From NCBI GenBank assembly GCA_027451365.1, contig DAIDJN010000029.1:26210-90209 (forward strand): a DNA stretch of 64,000 nt. The letters run 5' to 3'. A program made the position numbers and the translations under genes. Numbering within the stretch: position 1 is the stretch's first letter; each line of letters opens with the position of its first letter. Shown one piece after another: positions 39,667-49,045 of the stretch. Source of the DNA: Phycisphaerales bacterium (GTDB lineage Bacteria; Planctomycetota; Phycisphaerae; WQYP01). Below the pieces are notes generated by a model, which searched no databases, was not told where the DNA came from, and worked only from the letters and a program-made list of their open reading frames with translations.

Positions 39667-41076
39667 ATGTCCATCCACTCACCACTTAATCAAAAATTTG
39701 CCAACTCAGTTGTATCGGGCGGTAAAAGAGCGGTCCATGAATCCAGCCAGCCCGTCACCTTGATGCGCTCGCGGACCGGCGCCGATCTGCTGGCAATCGG
39801 CCTGGCCACGAGCAGTGCCATGTGGACGGTCGGTTACTTGTGCAGAATGCCCGGCACTGGTGTGCCCGCCCAGGCTCTTCTGGTAATCATGTTAGCACTT
39901 CTTTTCTTTGGTGGTGTGGCCACTACGGCGCGCACAGATCGCAACTTCTGGACCGGTTCTCTTACCGGTCTGATCGCTGGCGGTTTTAACCTTCTGATTC
40001 TTGGATCTCTGGGCCACGACCTTACCACCGATCGCCGCATGATCGCTTACGCGGTGGTCTGGGTGCCGGCCGCACTGGCAATATCCGCAGTGTTGGGGTT
40101 GCTGGGTGCGGGGGTGGGGCGCTGGCTGAATCCGGGGCGCCGGCAGAAAATAGATGGCATCGCCGCACTTTCTGTTACCACCGCGCTGGCCACTCTGGTT
40201 CTTGTGATGGCGGGGGGAATGGTAACCGGATTAAACGCGGGCCTGTCCGTGCCGGACTGGCCTGACACTTTTCACTATGGAATGTTTGTATTTCCGTTAT
40301 CCCATATGACGGGAGGTGTTTATTACGAACACACCCATCGCCTGCTGGCCACACTTGTTGGTCTGGGAACGTTGGTTCAAACCATTTACCTATTTGTCAA
40401 TGAAAGCCGCAGATGGGTAAAGGGCTTGGCCGCGACGGCGTTGCTGATGGTCGTCGCCCAGGGCCTGCTGGGTGGTTTGCGCGTCACGGGCCACCTGACG
40501 CTGGCCCAGGTTCGCAGCCACATGGATCCAAGCACCACATTGGCCATTGTCCATGGTGCCTTCGGCCAGTTGTTTTTCGGGGTGCTTGTTGCCTTGGCGG
40601 CCATTTGCTCCTGGCACTGGCGATGTGGACCGCAATCCGTCGCCAAAGCCAGCGCCCGGCTGGATCGCATTCTGGCCTGGTCGCTGGTTGCTCTGCTGAC
40701 CGTTCAACTGACACTCGGCAGCGTCTTACGCCACATTGGCATGGTGCTGGCGGTGCATATTGTCGTGGCGGTGATTGTACTGCTGCTTTGCCTGTTTGTG
40801 GGCGTGCGGGCCTGGGGTATGAATCCAAACTCTCAAATCCTGCAACGCGCTGGTCTGGCCCTGCTTGGGGTGGTCACACTTCAGGTTTTGCTGGGCGTTG
40901 CAGCCGTTGCCGCCATCGGCGGCCAAGGTCCTGTTACGCATCCGTCCATGGGGCAGGCCATTGTCACCACCGCACATCAGGTTACCGGCGCGATTCTGTT
41001 GGCCACGGCCGTCCTTACCGCCTGCTGGTTCACGCGCCTTCATCGCCCGCTTCCCATGCGAGAACTCGGCCTGTAA
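39667..41076 (+). CDS. ctaA: COX15/CtaA heme A synthase family protein with extra N-terminal TM domain
   Basis: AGLSVPDWP, YEHTHRL, QGLLGG and VHG motifs plus later conserved His residues; multi-pass membrane protein. Confidence 0.8.
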   Translation: MSIHSPLNQKFANSVVSGGKRAVHESSQPVTLMRSRTGADLLAIGLATSSAMWTVGYLCRMPGTGVPAQALLVIMLALLFFGGVATTARTDRNFWTGSLTGLIAGGFNLLILGSLGHDLTTDRRMIAYAVVWVPAALAISAVLGLLGAGVGRWLNPGRRQKIDGIAALSVTTALATLVLVMAGGMVTGLNAGLSVPDWPDTFHYGMFVFPLSHMTGGVYYEHTHRLLATLVGLGTLVQTIYLFVNESRRWVKGLAATALLMVVAQGLLGGLRVTGHLTLAQVRSHMDPSTTLAIVHGAFGQLFFGVLVALAAICSWHWRCGPQSVAKASARLDRILAWSLVALLTVQLTLGSVLRHIGMVLAVHIVVAVIVLLLCLFVGVRAWGMNPNSQILQRAGLALLGVVTLQVLLGVAAVAAIGGQGPVTHPSMGQAIVTTAHQVTGAILLATAVLTACWFTRLHRPLPMRELGL

Positions 41077-41284
41077 TTGTGGGATTCATTTTTTTTTCGC
41101 CATTCAAATGGAAACCGGACAACAGGCCCGCTGGAAAAATGCACGCCAGGCGGGCCTGGGGGCATTTGTTCGACAAATGGCAACGGCCACGCGGGCAGCC
41201 CATTTTCCCGGCTGCGGCAGCAGCGAAACTGTCCTTCAGATTCATGGCCAGTACACAGCGACTGCTCTCGGTTAAAATTTCGCC

Positions 41285-42229
41285 ATGAACCAAGTCGCTT
41301 TTATTTCGCATTCCGATTGCCTGGCCCACGAATCCCGCGCCGACCACCCGGAACAACCCGCGCGGGTAAGAGTGATAGCCGAACGGATCGCCCTCTGCGG
41401 CCTGCTGGACCACCTGGATTGCCTTGACGCGCCTTTGGCCCTCGAGAGTCAGCTTGTTGCGGCTCATACCCCGGGCTACCTAAATTCTCTGCAGACTGCC
41501 CACAATCAATTGATTGCGGCACAATCCTCCGGGCCGATATATCTGGATCCCGATACAATGCTGGGGCCGCATACTCTTGCGGCCGCGCGACGGGCCGCCG
41601 GTGCGGCGGCATTGGCCGCTGATCTGGTATTAGCCGGCACGTATATCCGCGCCTTCTGCAATGTGCGCCCGCCAGGGCATCACGCGCATCGCGACCGTGC
41701 TGGTGGCTTTTGTTTTCTTAACAACGTCGCCATAGGCATATACGCTGCGCTGGCGCGCGGCGTGACGCGAATTGCCCTGATTGATTTTGATGTTCACCAC
41801 GGCGACGGCAGCGAACAGATTTTTGCCAACGACCCCCGCGTGCTTATGCTATCGACTTTTGCATTGGACCTGTTTCCCCATACGGGGCTTACACCGCTTG
41901 GTTCCAATATGATCAATGTTGGCCTGCCACCCGGAGCCGATGGAAGCGCTTTGCGCCGCGTCGTGGAAACGCGCTGGCTGCCCGCGATTGAAAAATTCCG
42001 TCCGGAACTGCTGCTTGTCTCCGCGGGGTTTGATGCCCATTTTCAGGATGCCCTTGGCAACATGCGATGGACTGATGACGACTATGCATGGCTTGCCGGT
42101 CAGATTGTGGCCATCGCCAATCGCCACTGCGGCGGACGCATCGTTTCCATTCTGGAAGGGGGGTACAATTTGGCCGCGCTGGCCCGCTGCGCGGAACTGC
42201 ATATCCGTGGTCTTATGGACATGATATAA
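41285..42229 (+). CDS. Histone deacetylase family protein
   Basis: HPEQPAR, RPPGHHA, GFCFLNN, DFDVHHGDG, SAGFDAH and LEGGY motifs. Confidence 0.95.
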   Translation: MNQVAFISHSDCLAHESRADHPEQPARVRVIAERIALCGLLDHLDCLDAPLALESQLVAAHTPGYLNSLQTAHNQLIAAQSSGPIYLDPDTMLGPHTLAAARRAAGAAALAADLVLAGTYIRAFCNVRPPGHHAHRDRAGGFCFLNNVAIGIYAALARGVTRIALIDFDVHHGDGSEQIFANDPRVLMLSTFALDLFPHTGLTPLGSNMINVGLPPGADGSALRRVVETRWLPAIEKFRPELLLVSAGFDAHFQDALGNMRWTDDDYAWLAGQIVAIANRHCGGRIVSILEGGYNLAALARCAELHIRGLMDMI

Positions 42230-42296
42230 AAGCAACGGCCCGGCGTTTTGTGTCCGTCTTGTTTTTGATGCCACTTGGGTGTCGCATACAACTGGT

Positions 42297-43055
42297 TTAC
42301 GGCCGGGGTACCACGGGCATTGTGGCCGCCGGCTTATGCACGCTTCTAACCGGGCTGCCCGCCGCAATGGCCACGTCCCTGGCGATAATGCCTCCCGTGC
42401 AGTCAGAAAAATAACTCTGACCCGCAATCGCCTGATGGTTCACCATGCTCTGCAGTGGTCGCCCATCGGCTTTCACAACTTTCCATCGTCCTTGCTTTTC
42501 CACCAGATAAATTCGATACAGGAACGGAACCCGCATATTTGGAAACGTCTGAGTTTCCCGCAGAACCAGCATCCATTCCACTGGAAAGCGCAAACTGTGC
42601 GTGGTGCGTACATCCCATCGCAAAATCTGAACCGTGACCCGGCTGGTGGTGCCGTTGGCGGCGGTTCTCATATCGTGCATTCGCATCGTCGCTGCAAGCC
42701 GCAGGATAAATCGCTTAAACGCGGCGGTTCGGGCTGGCTCAACCGCTCCAGGGCGCGACCATTGCGTGCGCTGGTCCGCCACGCCCGCCGGTGCCGACCT
42801 ATGGCCCGGCCCGCCAATAATGTCCGCGGCAGTCAAATGAAAGGCCAGCATCAGCAGGCATCCCGCCAGTACGCCAAGCAGCCCCGCGACTGCCACCACA
42901 AGTGGTCCAAACGCCAATGAGCCGCGCGGCGAAATTTCCAGTTGGTTCTGCTTTACCAGAGAGCCATGACACTGCGCACAAACCACCGAGCCTTGCCACA
43001 GATAGGGAGCCTGGGTATCCGGAATAACGCGGGTGCAATGGGTACATGTTTCCAT
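42297..43055 (-). CDS. Membrane protein with N-terminal CxxC...CxxC zinc-ribbon
   Basis: CTHC and CAQC near the N-terminus, one TM helix, then a soluble domain. Confidence 0.6.
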   Translation of the reverse strand: METCTHCTRVIPDTQAPYLWQGSVVCAQCHGSLVKQNQLEISPRGSLAFGPLVVAVAGLLGVLAGCLLMLAFHLTAADIIGGPGHRSAPAGVADQRTQWSRPGAVEPARTAAFKRFILRLAATMRMHDMRTAANGTTSRVTVQILRWDVRTTHSLRFPVEWMLVLRETQTFPNMRVPFLYRIYLVEKQGRWKVVKADGRPLQSMVNHQAIAGQSYFSDCTGGIIARDVAIAAGSPVRSVHKPAATMPVVPRP

Positions 43056-43118
43056 GAATCGGTTCCTGTCCTAGGCTGCCCGGATTTCCAGCCGGTAGAC
43101 CGACCGTGTTCATTCGCC

Positions 43119-44462
43119 CTATCGCAACCGTACATAAAAGACGTTGCACGACGAATGCGGGGCAATTGTCACGGTAAATCGCGCGGTGGTGGCCCCCCCA
43201 ATGCTTACCTGAAGGGTATTGCGGCCTGACGGCAACGCGGTGGGAATCACATAAACCGCGCGCGGCAGCATTTCCCAATAGCGCACATCCGCATGAGATG
43301 AACCCGCCAGCGCCGCGCCCAGCGCTGCCACGCCCAGACCGGCCAGAGCTGTGCCGGCACTGTCCTGATCCACGCCATTGTTGGCCACCAGCAGGCCGCC
43401 TGCGATTAAGCCCGTGCCCACCACAGCCTTGGCTTCCCGAATGGTATCCATGGTAAGCCAACGTTTGTCCTGGGCCAGTGCCAGCGTGTCAACCATATTG
43501 GATTGCGCTATTCCAGGAATCGGATGACCATTTTTCCAAGCCTCGGCCATTGGCAGCGGGCCAGCCTGATACGGTGTGGGTGTAAAAACTGTCTGTTCGC
43601 CGTACCAGCCGCGATTGCGCCTTTGCGGCCCGTAGCCGTAGTCAACAAATATGAGTGTGTTGGTGGCGGGCCGATAAAGCTTTTGCACAACACTGGAAAT
43701 GGCTGGATCAAGCTGCTGCGCATGCTGGAATGCCGCAGCGGCCAGTTGCGGTCGGTCGGTTTTCAAATAGCAAAGCCCCAGGCCGAAATAGCCCAATACA
43801 AAATTGGAATCTACGCGGTTAAGGTTGCCGGAATTGCTGGCGGAATTTTTAGAATAGGCCCGCAGCCGAAACAGACTGTTCTGAAACGCCGCCCGCGCAT
43901 TTTCATAGTCCTGTTGCATGAGAAACGTCAGCCCAAGGTAATAGTGTGCCATCGCGCGTTCAAAAGGCTGGCCTTTCCAGACTTTTACCCCGTCATACAG
44001 CACCACCGCGCCAATCACCCGGCTTCCGGTGTTGGTGTTCACGCTGTTCATCACGTTGTACGCTTTTAGAAAAGCGTGTTCGGCCTGCATGATATTGCCC
44101 GCAGCTAGTGCCGCCGAGCCATATCGACAGTTATTCAACACATAATTGCGGTTCGGCTTTTTTATAAGTGGCGCAAGTTCCTGTTGGCTTTGGGCATACT
44201 CGCCCGCGTAGTAAAAGCTTACCGCCTGAGCGACGCGCTGCGAATTTCCTGAACAGGCCGGGAGGGCCGCCAGGAAACTTATTGCCATCAGAGCCACGCA
44301 GAATCGCCCGGCGGCCCGGCGGAATTTCGTCAGCCTCTCGCCGGCTGTAACTGCGAGCTTGCCTTGGTATTGCCGCCCTGCGAATGTATTGGACTTATGT
44401 TGTACGCCTGTTGTCACAATCGCTACTTTCCAGTCTTCAAGTTTCCCCGCGCCAAGGTTCAA
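43119..44462 (-). CDS. TPR-containing putative lipoprotein
   Basis: Lipobox-like LPAC, TPR-like helices (AHYYLGL..DYENARAAF), WKGQPFERAM and ADVRYWEMLP. True start is probably downstream of 44462. Confidence 0.7.
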   Translation of the reverse strand: MNLGAGKLEDWKVAIVTTGVQHKSNTFAGRQYQGKLAVTAGERLTKFRRAAGRFCVALMAISFLAALPACSGNSQRVAQAVSFYYAGEYAQSQQELAPLIKKPNRNYVLNNCRYGSAALAAGNIMQAEHAFLKAYNVMNSVNTNTGSRVIGAVVLYDGVKVWKGQPFERAMAHYYLGLTFLMQQDYENARAAFQNSLFRLRAYSKNSASNSGNLNRVDSNFVLGYFGLGLCYLKTDRPQLAAAAFQHAQQLDPAISSVVQKLYRPATNTLIFVDYGYGPQRRNRGWYGEQTVFTPTPYQAGPLPMAEAWKNGHPIPGIAQSNMVDTLALAQDKRWLTMDTIREAKAVVGTGLIAGGLLVANNGVDQDSAGTALAGLGVAALGAALAGSSHADVRYWEMLPRAVYVIPTALPSGRNTLQVSIGGATTARFTVTIAPHSSCNVFYVRLR

Positions 44463-44788
44463 GGTGACCGAGTCGCTTTATTCAAACCCTGTTCTATTTT
44501 ACGCGGTATTGGCTGCACGGTTGCAGAATAACAACATTATTCCAGAAATCCGAATTATTCGGCTCGGGTGCCACGGGTGCCATAATTGTGTAAACCCTCG
44601 GCTGCGGGTGGGATGAACGTATGGCCCATTACCGCCAAACAGCACGGTCAAAAATTATCTGTTGAATAGTCAGCGCGGTCAAATACCATAAGGTTATTTC
44701 CATGCCTAAGGAGGTCAGCTCAAAGAATAATTCGAAAATTGAAACGCGTTTTGGAATTTATCTTCCCGGCCGATGTACCGCAGCCTAT

Positions 44789-45071
44789 CCTTGGCACCTC
44801 CTGACGGACTTTCACCCCTACGCCTTTTCGTAGCGCGGATCGCAGGCGTGAATCAGCAGCGCCCGCGGTTTTGATAGGTAGCAAAAGGGAAACGCCGAAC
44901 TATGCGGCTTCAATGTGGTATTTCGGGGAAATATTTACGACCTGCCGATTTTATCCCGGCGGGACGACGACGGGGATAACCCCCGTGGCTGGCATCATCA
45001 GGAGGCGTGCGGGACGATCTCGTGCCGCGGATAATCGGTAGACCGGGGCTGCCGGGTGGACCGGGCCAAGG
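44789..45071. ncRNA. Candidate structured non-coding RNA, unassigned
   Basis: Closing stems CCTTGGC/GCCAAGG and CCTCCTGA/TCAGGAGG enclose several hairpins inside a ~700-nt ORF-poor intergenic region. Confidence 0.4.
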
Positions 45072-45178
45072 TTGCGACCCTGCTCCTTTCGGTTATTTGT
45101 TTACCGGGCCTGCTTGCGGCTGGTTTTGCGGATATAATAAACGGCTATGTTGGCGGCTGATTGGAGTTTCCTAAAAGT

Positions 45179-46396
45179 ATGAATTGGCAGCAACCGATTC
45201 CCAAAAGATATCTGCAGATGCCGGAGGATAAGATTCGCGCGGCCGTGCTGGCCCACAAGGCTACTTTCGGCCCGGATCTGGTTATTCTGGGGCATCATTA
45301 TCAGCAGGACGAAGTGATTCAATTTGCGGATTTCACCGGCGATTCATTTCAGTTGTCGCGGGAGGCGGCGAAACTTAATGCGGCCCGCTTTGTGGTTTTC
45401 TGCGGCGTGCATTTTATGGCTGAATCCGCGGACGTGCTGACCGCGGACCATCAGAAGGTGATTCTGCCCGATATGGGCGCTGGTTGTTCCATGGCGGATA
45501 TGGCCCGCGCCGACGATGTGCAGGATGCTTGGGATACGATTGTGCGCAGCTGCGGTGATATGCCCGGCTTCCGTCTGGTTCCGATTACGTATATGAACTC
45601 AAGCGCTGCGGTGAAAAGCTTTGTAGGACATAATGGCGGCGCGGTCTGTACCAGCAGCAATTGCCAACAGATTATTTCATGGGCATTAAACGGGCAAAAG
45701 CCGGGTGACGCACCTGCGACCAAGATTATCTTTTTTCCAGATCAACACCTGGGCCGGAACACCGCTTACGGAATGGGTTTTCCACTGGACTCGATGGTGG
45801 TATGGGACTACCGCAACAGCGGTGGCCTGACGGACGAACAGCTTCGTGCTGCAACTTTTATCCTGTGGAAAGGGCATTGCAGCGTGCATCAGTTGTTTCG
45901 GCCGGAACATGTCGACCAGGTAAAATCCCGATTGCCCGGTGTAAAAGTGCTGGTACACCCGGAATGCAACTGGGAAGTGGTTCAGAAGGCCGACATGGTT
46001 GGCTCAACCGATTTTATAAGTAAACAAATTCGCGCTGCGGCGCCGGGCAGCAAATGGGCGGTGGGCACCGAGGTGCATATGGTGAATCGGCTGGCCAAAG
46101 AGCATCCAGAACAGACGATTACCATTCTTTCGGACTGCCAATGCCTGTGTACCACCATGTACCGGATCGACCCGCCACACCTGTTGTGGGTGCTGGACAA
46201 CCTGGCGGAAGGAAAGATTGTAAATCAGATTCAGGTCAATGAAGTGGATGCCTATTGGTCACGCGTGAGTTTGCAGCGCATGCTGGACATAACCGCGGGA
46301 ACGCCATTAACGCCGCCACCGCAACCAGAGCCACCGCCAGCGGAACGGCATTCATCCCCTTTACCGGTACTGGCGAACATGGACATAAAACCATGA
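45179..46396 (+). CDS. nadA: Quinolinate synthase A
   Basis: ILGHHYQ, GDSFQL, FCGVHFMAE, AGCSMAD, CTSSN, GHCSVH and HPEC motifs. TATAAT at 45133-45138. Confidence 0.97.
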   Translation: MNWQQPIPKRYLQMPEDKIRAAVLAHKATFGPDLVILGHHYQQDEVIQFADFTGDSFQLSREAAKLNAARFVVFCGVHFMAESADVLTADHQKVILPDMGAGCSMADMARADDVQDAWDTIVRSCGDMPGFRLVPITYMNSSAAVKSFVGHNGGAVCTSSNCQQIISWALNGQKPGDAPATKIIFFPDQHLGRNTAYGMGFPLDSMVVWDYRNSGGLTDEQLRAATFILWKGHCSVHQLFRPEHVDQVKSRLPGVKVLVHPECNWEVVQKADMVGSTDFISKQIRAAAPGSKWAVGTEVHMVNRLAKEHPEQTITILSDCQCLCTTMYRIDPPHLLWVLDNLAEGKIVNQIQVNEVDAYWSRVSLQRMLDITAGTPLTPPPQPEPPPAERHSSPLPVLANMDIKP

Positions 46397-46475
46397 CAAA
46401 ATTGGGGCATCCTTGCTTGTTTAGAATTAAACTTTGACCGGAAAATTGCGGCAGCTAATTTTGGAGATAACGCTT

Positions 46476-47756
46476 ATGTTTAGAAAATCTGTTTCGTGCC
46501 TCGTGCTTATGGCCTCTGCCACCGTGCTTGGATGGAGCGTACCGGTCTTGGCCGCGTCACGTTCAGATGACTTTCTGCAAGGCTATGCCGCGGCGGAATT
46601 AAAGCTGCAGTTTCACATATCGCACGCAAAGGTGCGAACGCATCACGGTAAAATTCATGTCACGCTGCCGGCTGGAACCAGTCAATCCCGTCGTCGGGCC
46701 GTGGAAAAAGCCATGATTGCAATTCCTGGTGCGTTGGATGCCAGTGTGGTCGTGGCAAGTTCGCCTGGGTCATCTCGGTCGGCATTATCAGATTCGACCG
46801 CTCCTGCACCGGATGGCGCCGCGGGACGAACCGCCGTACCGGCGGCAGGCGGGCTTACCGGAGCGGCCGGAGCTTTGGGTTTTGGGCCGCCCATGCCCAT
46901 TCCGCGATGGCTTCAACCTTATGCCGCCAATCCGGCCACGTTTCACGGCAGCATGTACCGGCTGCCCAACGGTTTTTTCCCGCGGGGCAATCTGTTTTCT
47001 CCACTGATGGCCGATCCCAAATGGCCCGGCTTTGCCGCATCCTACAGCCATTATTCCCCCTATCATCCCAACGGGTTAAAGGATGTGATTCCTGTCAGCC
47101 TGGGCGATACGCTGCCATTTTATCGCAACAATATGGGAGATGGCTGGCAATGGGAAACGGGCATGCAGGCGGATGCCTATGCCTATTTTAATGTCGACAC
47201 ACAGGCCAAAGCGCTGCAGAACACTGATTTCTTTGTGGGCGGCTACGGAGCCTTCCGCCACAATAATCTTTCGTTTATCGTCCGGTATTTTCATCAAAGC
47301 TCACATTTGGGAGATGAATTTCTTCTCGATAATCCGGCCTACTACAATGGACTGCGGCAGAAAATCAGTTACGAGCAATTAAATGGCATTGTATCAATTG
47401 ATTTGCTGAAGCGGACCTTTCGCCTTTATGCGGGAGCCGGTTATCTGACCGATATTGAACCTTCCACGCTTGGCCGTTGGATTTTTCAATATGGTGCGCA
47501 ATATCATGGTCCGACACTCTGGCACACCACAAACACCGTCTGGTCGCCGGTGGCGGGGGTTGATTTAAAAAACTGGAGCCAGAATAACTACGACACTGAC
47601 ATTTCCGCCAGGGCTGGCCTGCAAGTGACCAATGGCCACGCCGACAGTCCGCGGTTTCAGTTTCTGCTGGAATTTTATCGGGGGCATTCCTATTACGGCC
47701 AGTTTTTTGTAAACGAAATCCAATATGTCGGCTTTGGCGTGCATTTGTATTATTAA
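46476..47756 (+). CDS. DUF1207-like outer-membrane protein
   Basis: Signal peptide, LFSPLMADP, NTDFFVG, FHQSSHLGDEF, and an aromatic C-terminal beta strand. Confidence 0.75.
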   Translation: MFRKSVSCLVLMASATVLGWSVPVLAASRSDDFLQGYAAAELKLQFHISHAKVRTHHGKIHVTLPAGTSQSRRRAVEKAMIAIPGALDASVVVASSPGSSRSALSDSTAPAPDGAAGRTAVPAAGGLTGAAGALGFGPPMPIPRWLQPYAANPATFHGSMYRLPNGFFPRGNLFSPLMADPKWPGFAASYSHYSPYHPNGLKDVIPVSLGDTLPFYRNNMGDGWQWETGMQADAYAYFNVDTQAKALQNTDFFVGGYGAFRHNNLSFIVRYFHQSSHLGDEFLLDNPAYYNGLRQKISYEQLNGIVSIDLLKRTFRLYAGAGYLTDIEPSTLGRWIFQYGAQYHGPTLWHTTNTVWSPVAGVDLKNWSQNNYDTDISARAGLQVTNGHADSPRFQFLLEFYRGHSYYGQFFVNEIQYVGFGVHLYY

Positions 47757-47887
47757 TGCCCAGCCGGTGTGGCCAAGCGAACGGCCTTTTCCGGCGCGGC
47801 ACGAACCGAACGCAGGTGCAAATCGGTCAGCCAGATTGCCAGCAGGGCGACGGCCAGGAGCAGACCAAAACCGATCAGGCGCGCCAT
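47753..47887 (-). CDS. Possible 44-aa single-TM small protein
   Basis: MARLIGFGLLLAVALLAIWL hydrophobic helix. Its stop overlaps the convergent DUF1207 stop. Confidence 0.3.
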   Translation of the reverse strand: MARLIGFGLLLAVALLAIWLTDLHLRSVRAAPEKAVRLATPAGH

Positions 47888-48160
47888 ATAACCGGCCTTC
47901 GGTGGCGAAACGGCCGAGATGGTGGATGACCGCAATGCCGGAAAATTGCAATTCACTGGGCGCATGGCCACAAGTGTAACGCGGGTCGACGAAATGTACA
48001 GATTTTGTGCGCAAAAAGACCGGTTTACTTTTGCGCGTTAACTTGCGACAATCTTCCTTCCGTATGCCTTAAACGGCGGACCGTTCCGAACCGTTGGCAA
48101 TGCGGCGGAGCGGGAATCGCAATATGCCGGAAAATCGGCGATTGACAGGTGAGGATATTT

Positions 48161-48994
48161 ATGTCACATCCATCTTCCGAAAAGTCGTCCCCAACCCAGG
48201 ACGCGGCCGCGGCTATTCTCAGGCCGGCAACACCTCCCCCGGCGAGTGGCGGCCAGCATGTCCTCGCTGCCGCCGCGGCGGTATCGGCCGGTCCGGCGAC
48301 TGGCCGGCGGCGGCAATTTATTTCATTTGCTTTTTACAAACTGACCGCCGATGCCCGGCGGCTGCCACCCGAAAAACTTGCCGGCATGATGCAGGGCCTG
48401 GTGGACCTGGTTCGCGGCAATGACCCGCAGAAAATGTTCCTGCTGGTTTACAGTTGCGTCGGCACCCGCGGTGATGTGGATATCATGTTCTGGAAAATCA
48501 GCTTTGAACTTGAAGAATTGCAGCGTTTCGCCGCCCAGATGAACCGGCTGGAACTGTCTGGGTATTTATCCACGCCTTTCAGCTATCTTGCGCAAAGCAA
48601 ACGCAGCACCTATGTGGACAAAATTGAGCCATCGCACGACAACGCTCGCTCACTGATCGTACCCGGTAAAAAGAAATATATGTTTGTGTACCCATTTGTA
48701 AAAACACGCGAATGGTATCTGCTCAGCAAACAGGCCAGGCAGGGGATTATGGATGAGCATATTGAAGTCGGCAACCGGTATCCATCCGTTAAACTCAACA
48801 CAACCTACAGTTTTGGCTTTGATGACCAGGAATTTGTTGTGGCTTTTGAAACCGACAAGCCCGATGATTTTCTGGACCTGGTCCAGGAACTGCGGGAAAC
48901 CGAGGGCAGTCGCTTTACACTCCGGGATACCCCCATTTTCACCTGTGTGCAGACGCCGATTGAGGAACTCGTGCGCCAACTCGCGAATGTCTGA
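48161..48994 (+). CDS. Chlorite dismutase / coproheme decarboxylase (ChdC/HemQ-like) family protein
   Basis: YPFVKTREWY, MDEHIEVG, NTTYSFGFDDQEFVVAFE and LRETE motifs. No signal peptide. Confidence 0.85.
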   Translation: MSHPSSEKSSPTQDAAAAILRPATPPPASGGQHVLAAAAAVSAGPATGRRRQFISFAFYKLTADARRLPPEKLAGMMQGLVDLVRGNDPQKMFLLVYSCVGTRGDVDIMFWKISFELEELQRFAAQMNRLELSGYLSTPFSYLAQSKRSTYVDKIEPSHDNARSLIVPGKKKYMFVYPFVKTREWYLLSKQARQGIMDEHIEVGNRYPSVKLNTTYSFGFDDQEFVVAFETDKPDDFLDLVQELRETEGSRFTLRDTPIFTCVQTPIEELVRQLANV

Positions 48995-49045
48995 ACGGGT
49001 GATGAGCCGCAATTATTTGATTCAAATGAAATTGGAGTTAATTCC

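Noticed and set aside
41285..42229. Functional link between the deacetylase and the Lys-rich microprotein
   Set aside because: They are 13 kb apart with no shared regulation, and bacterial HDAC-family proteins are widespread.
44795..44818. RNase P RNA (GAAAGTCCG on the minus strand)
   Set aside because: The remaining conserved regions of RNase P RNA are not present.
44874..44947. Cobalamin riboswitch (AGGT..AAAAGGGAA...GACCTGCC)
   Set aside because: The central conserved elements (CCCGCAACTGT and the full B12 box) are absent.
44794..45010. Hammerhead ribozyme (CTGATGA...GAAA..GTC on the minus strand)
   Set aside because: Stems I and III do not pair in register and stem II would be about 180 nt long.
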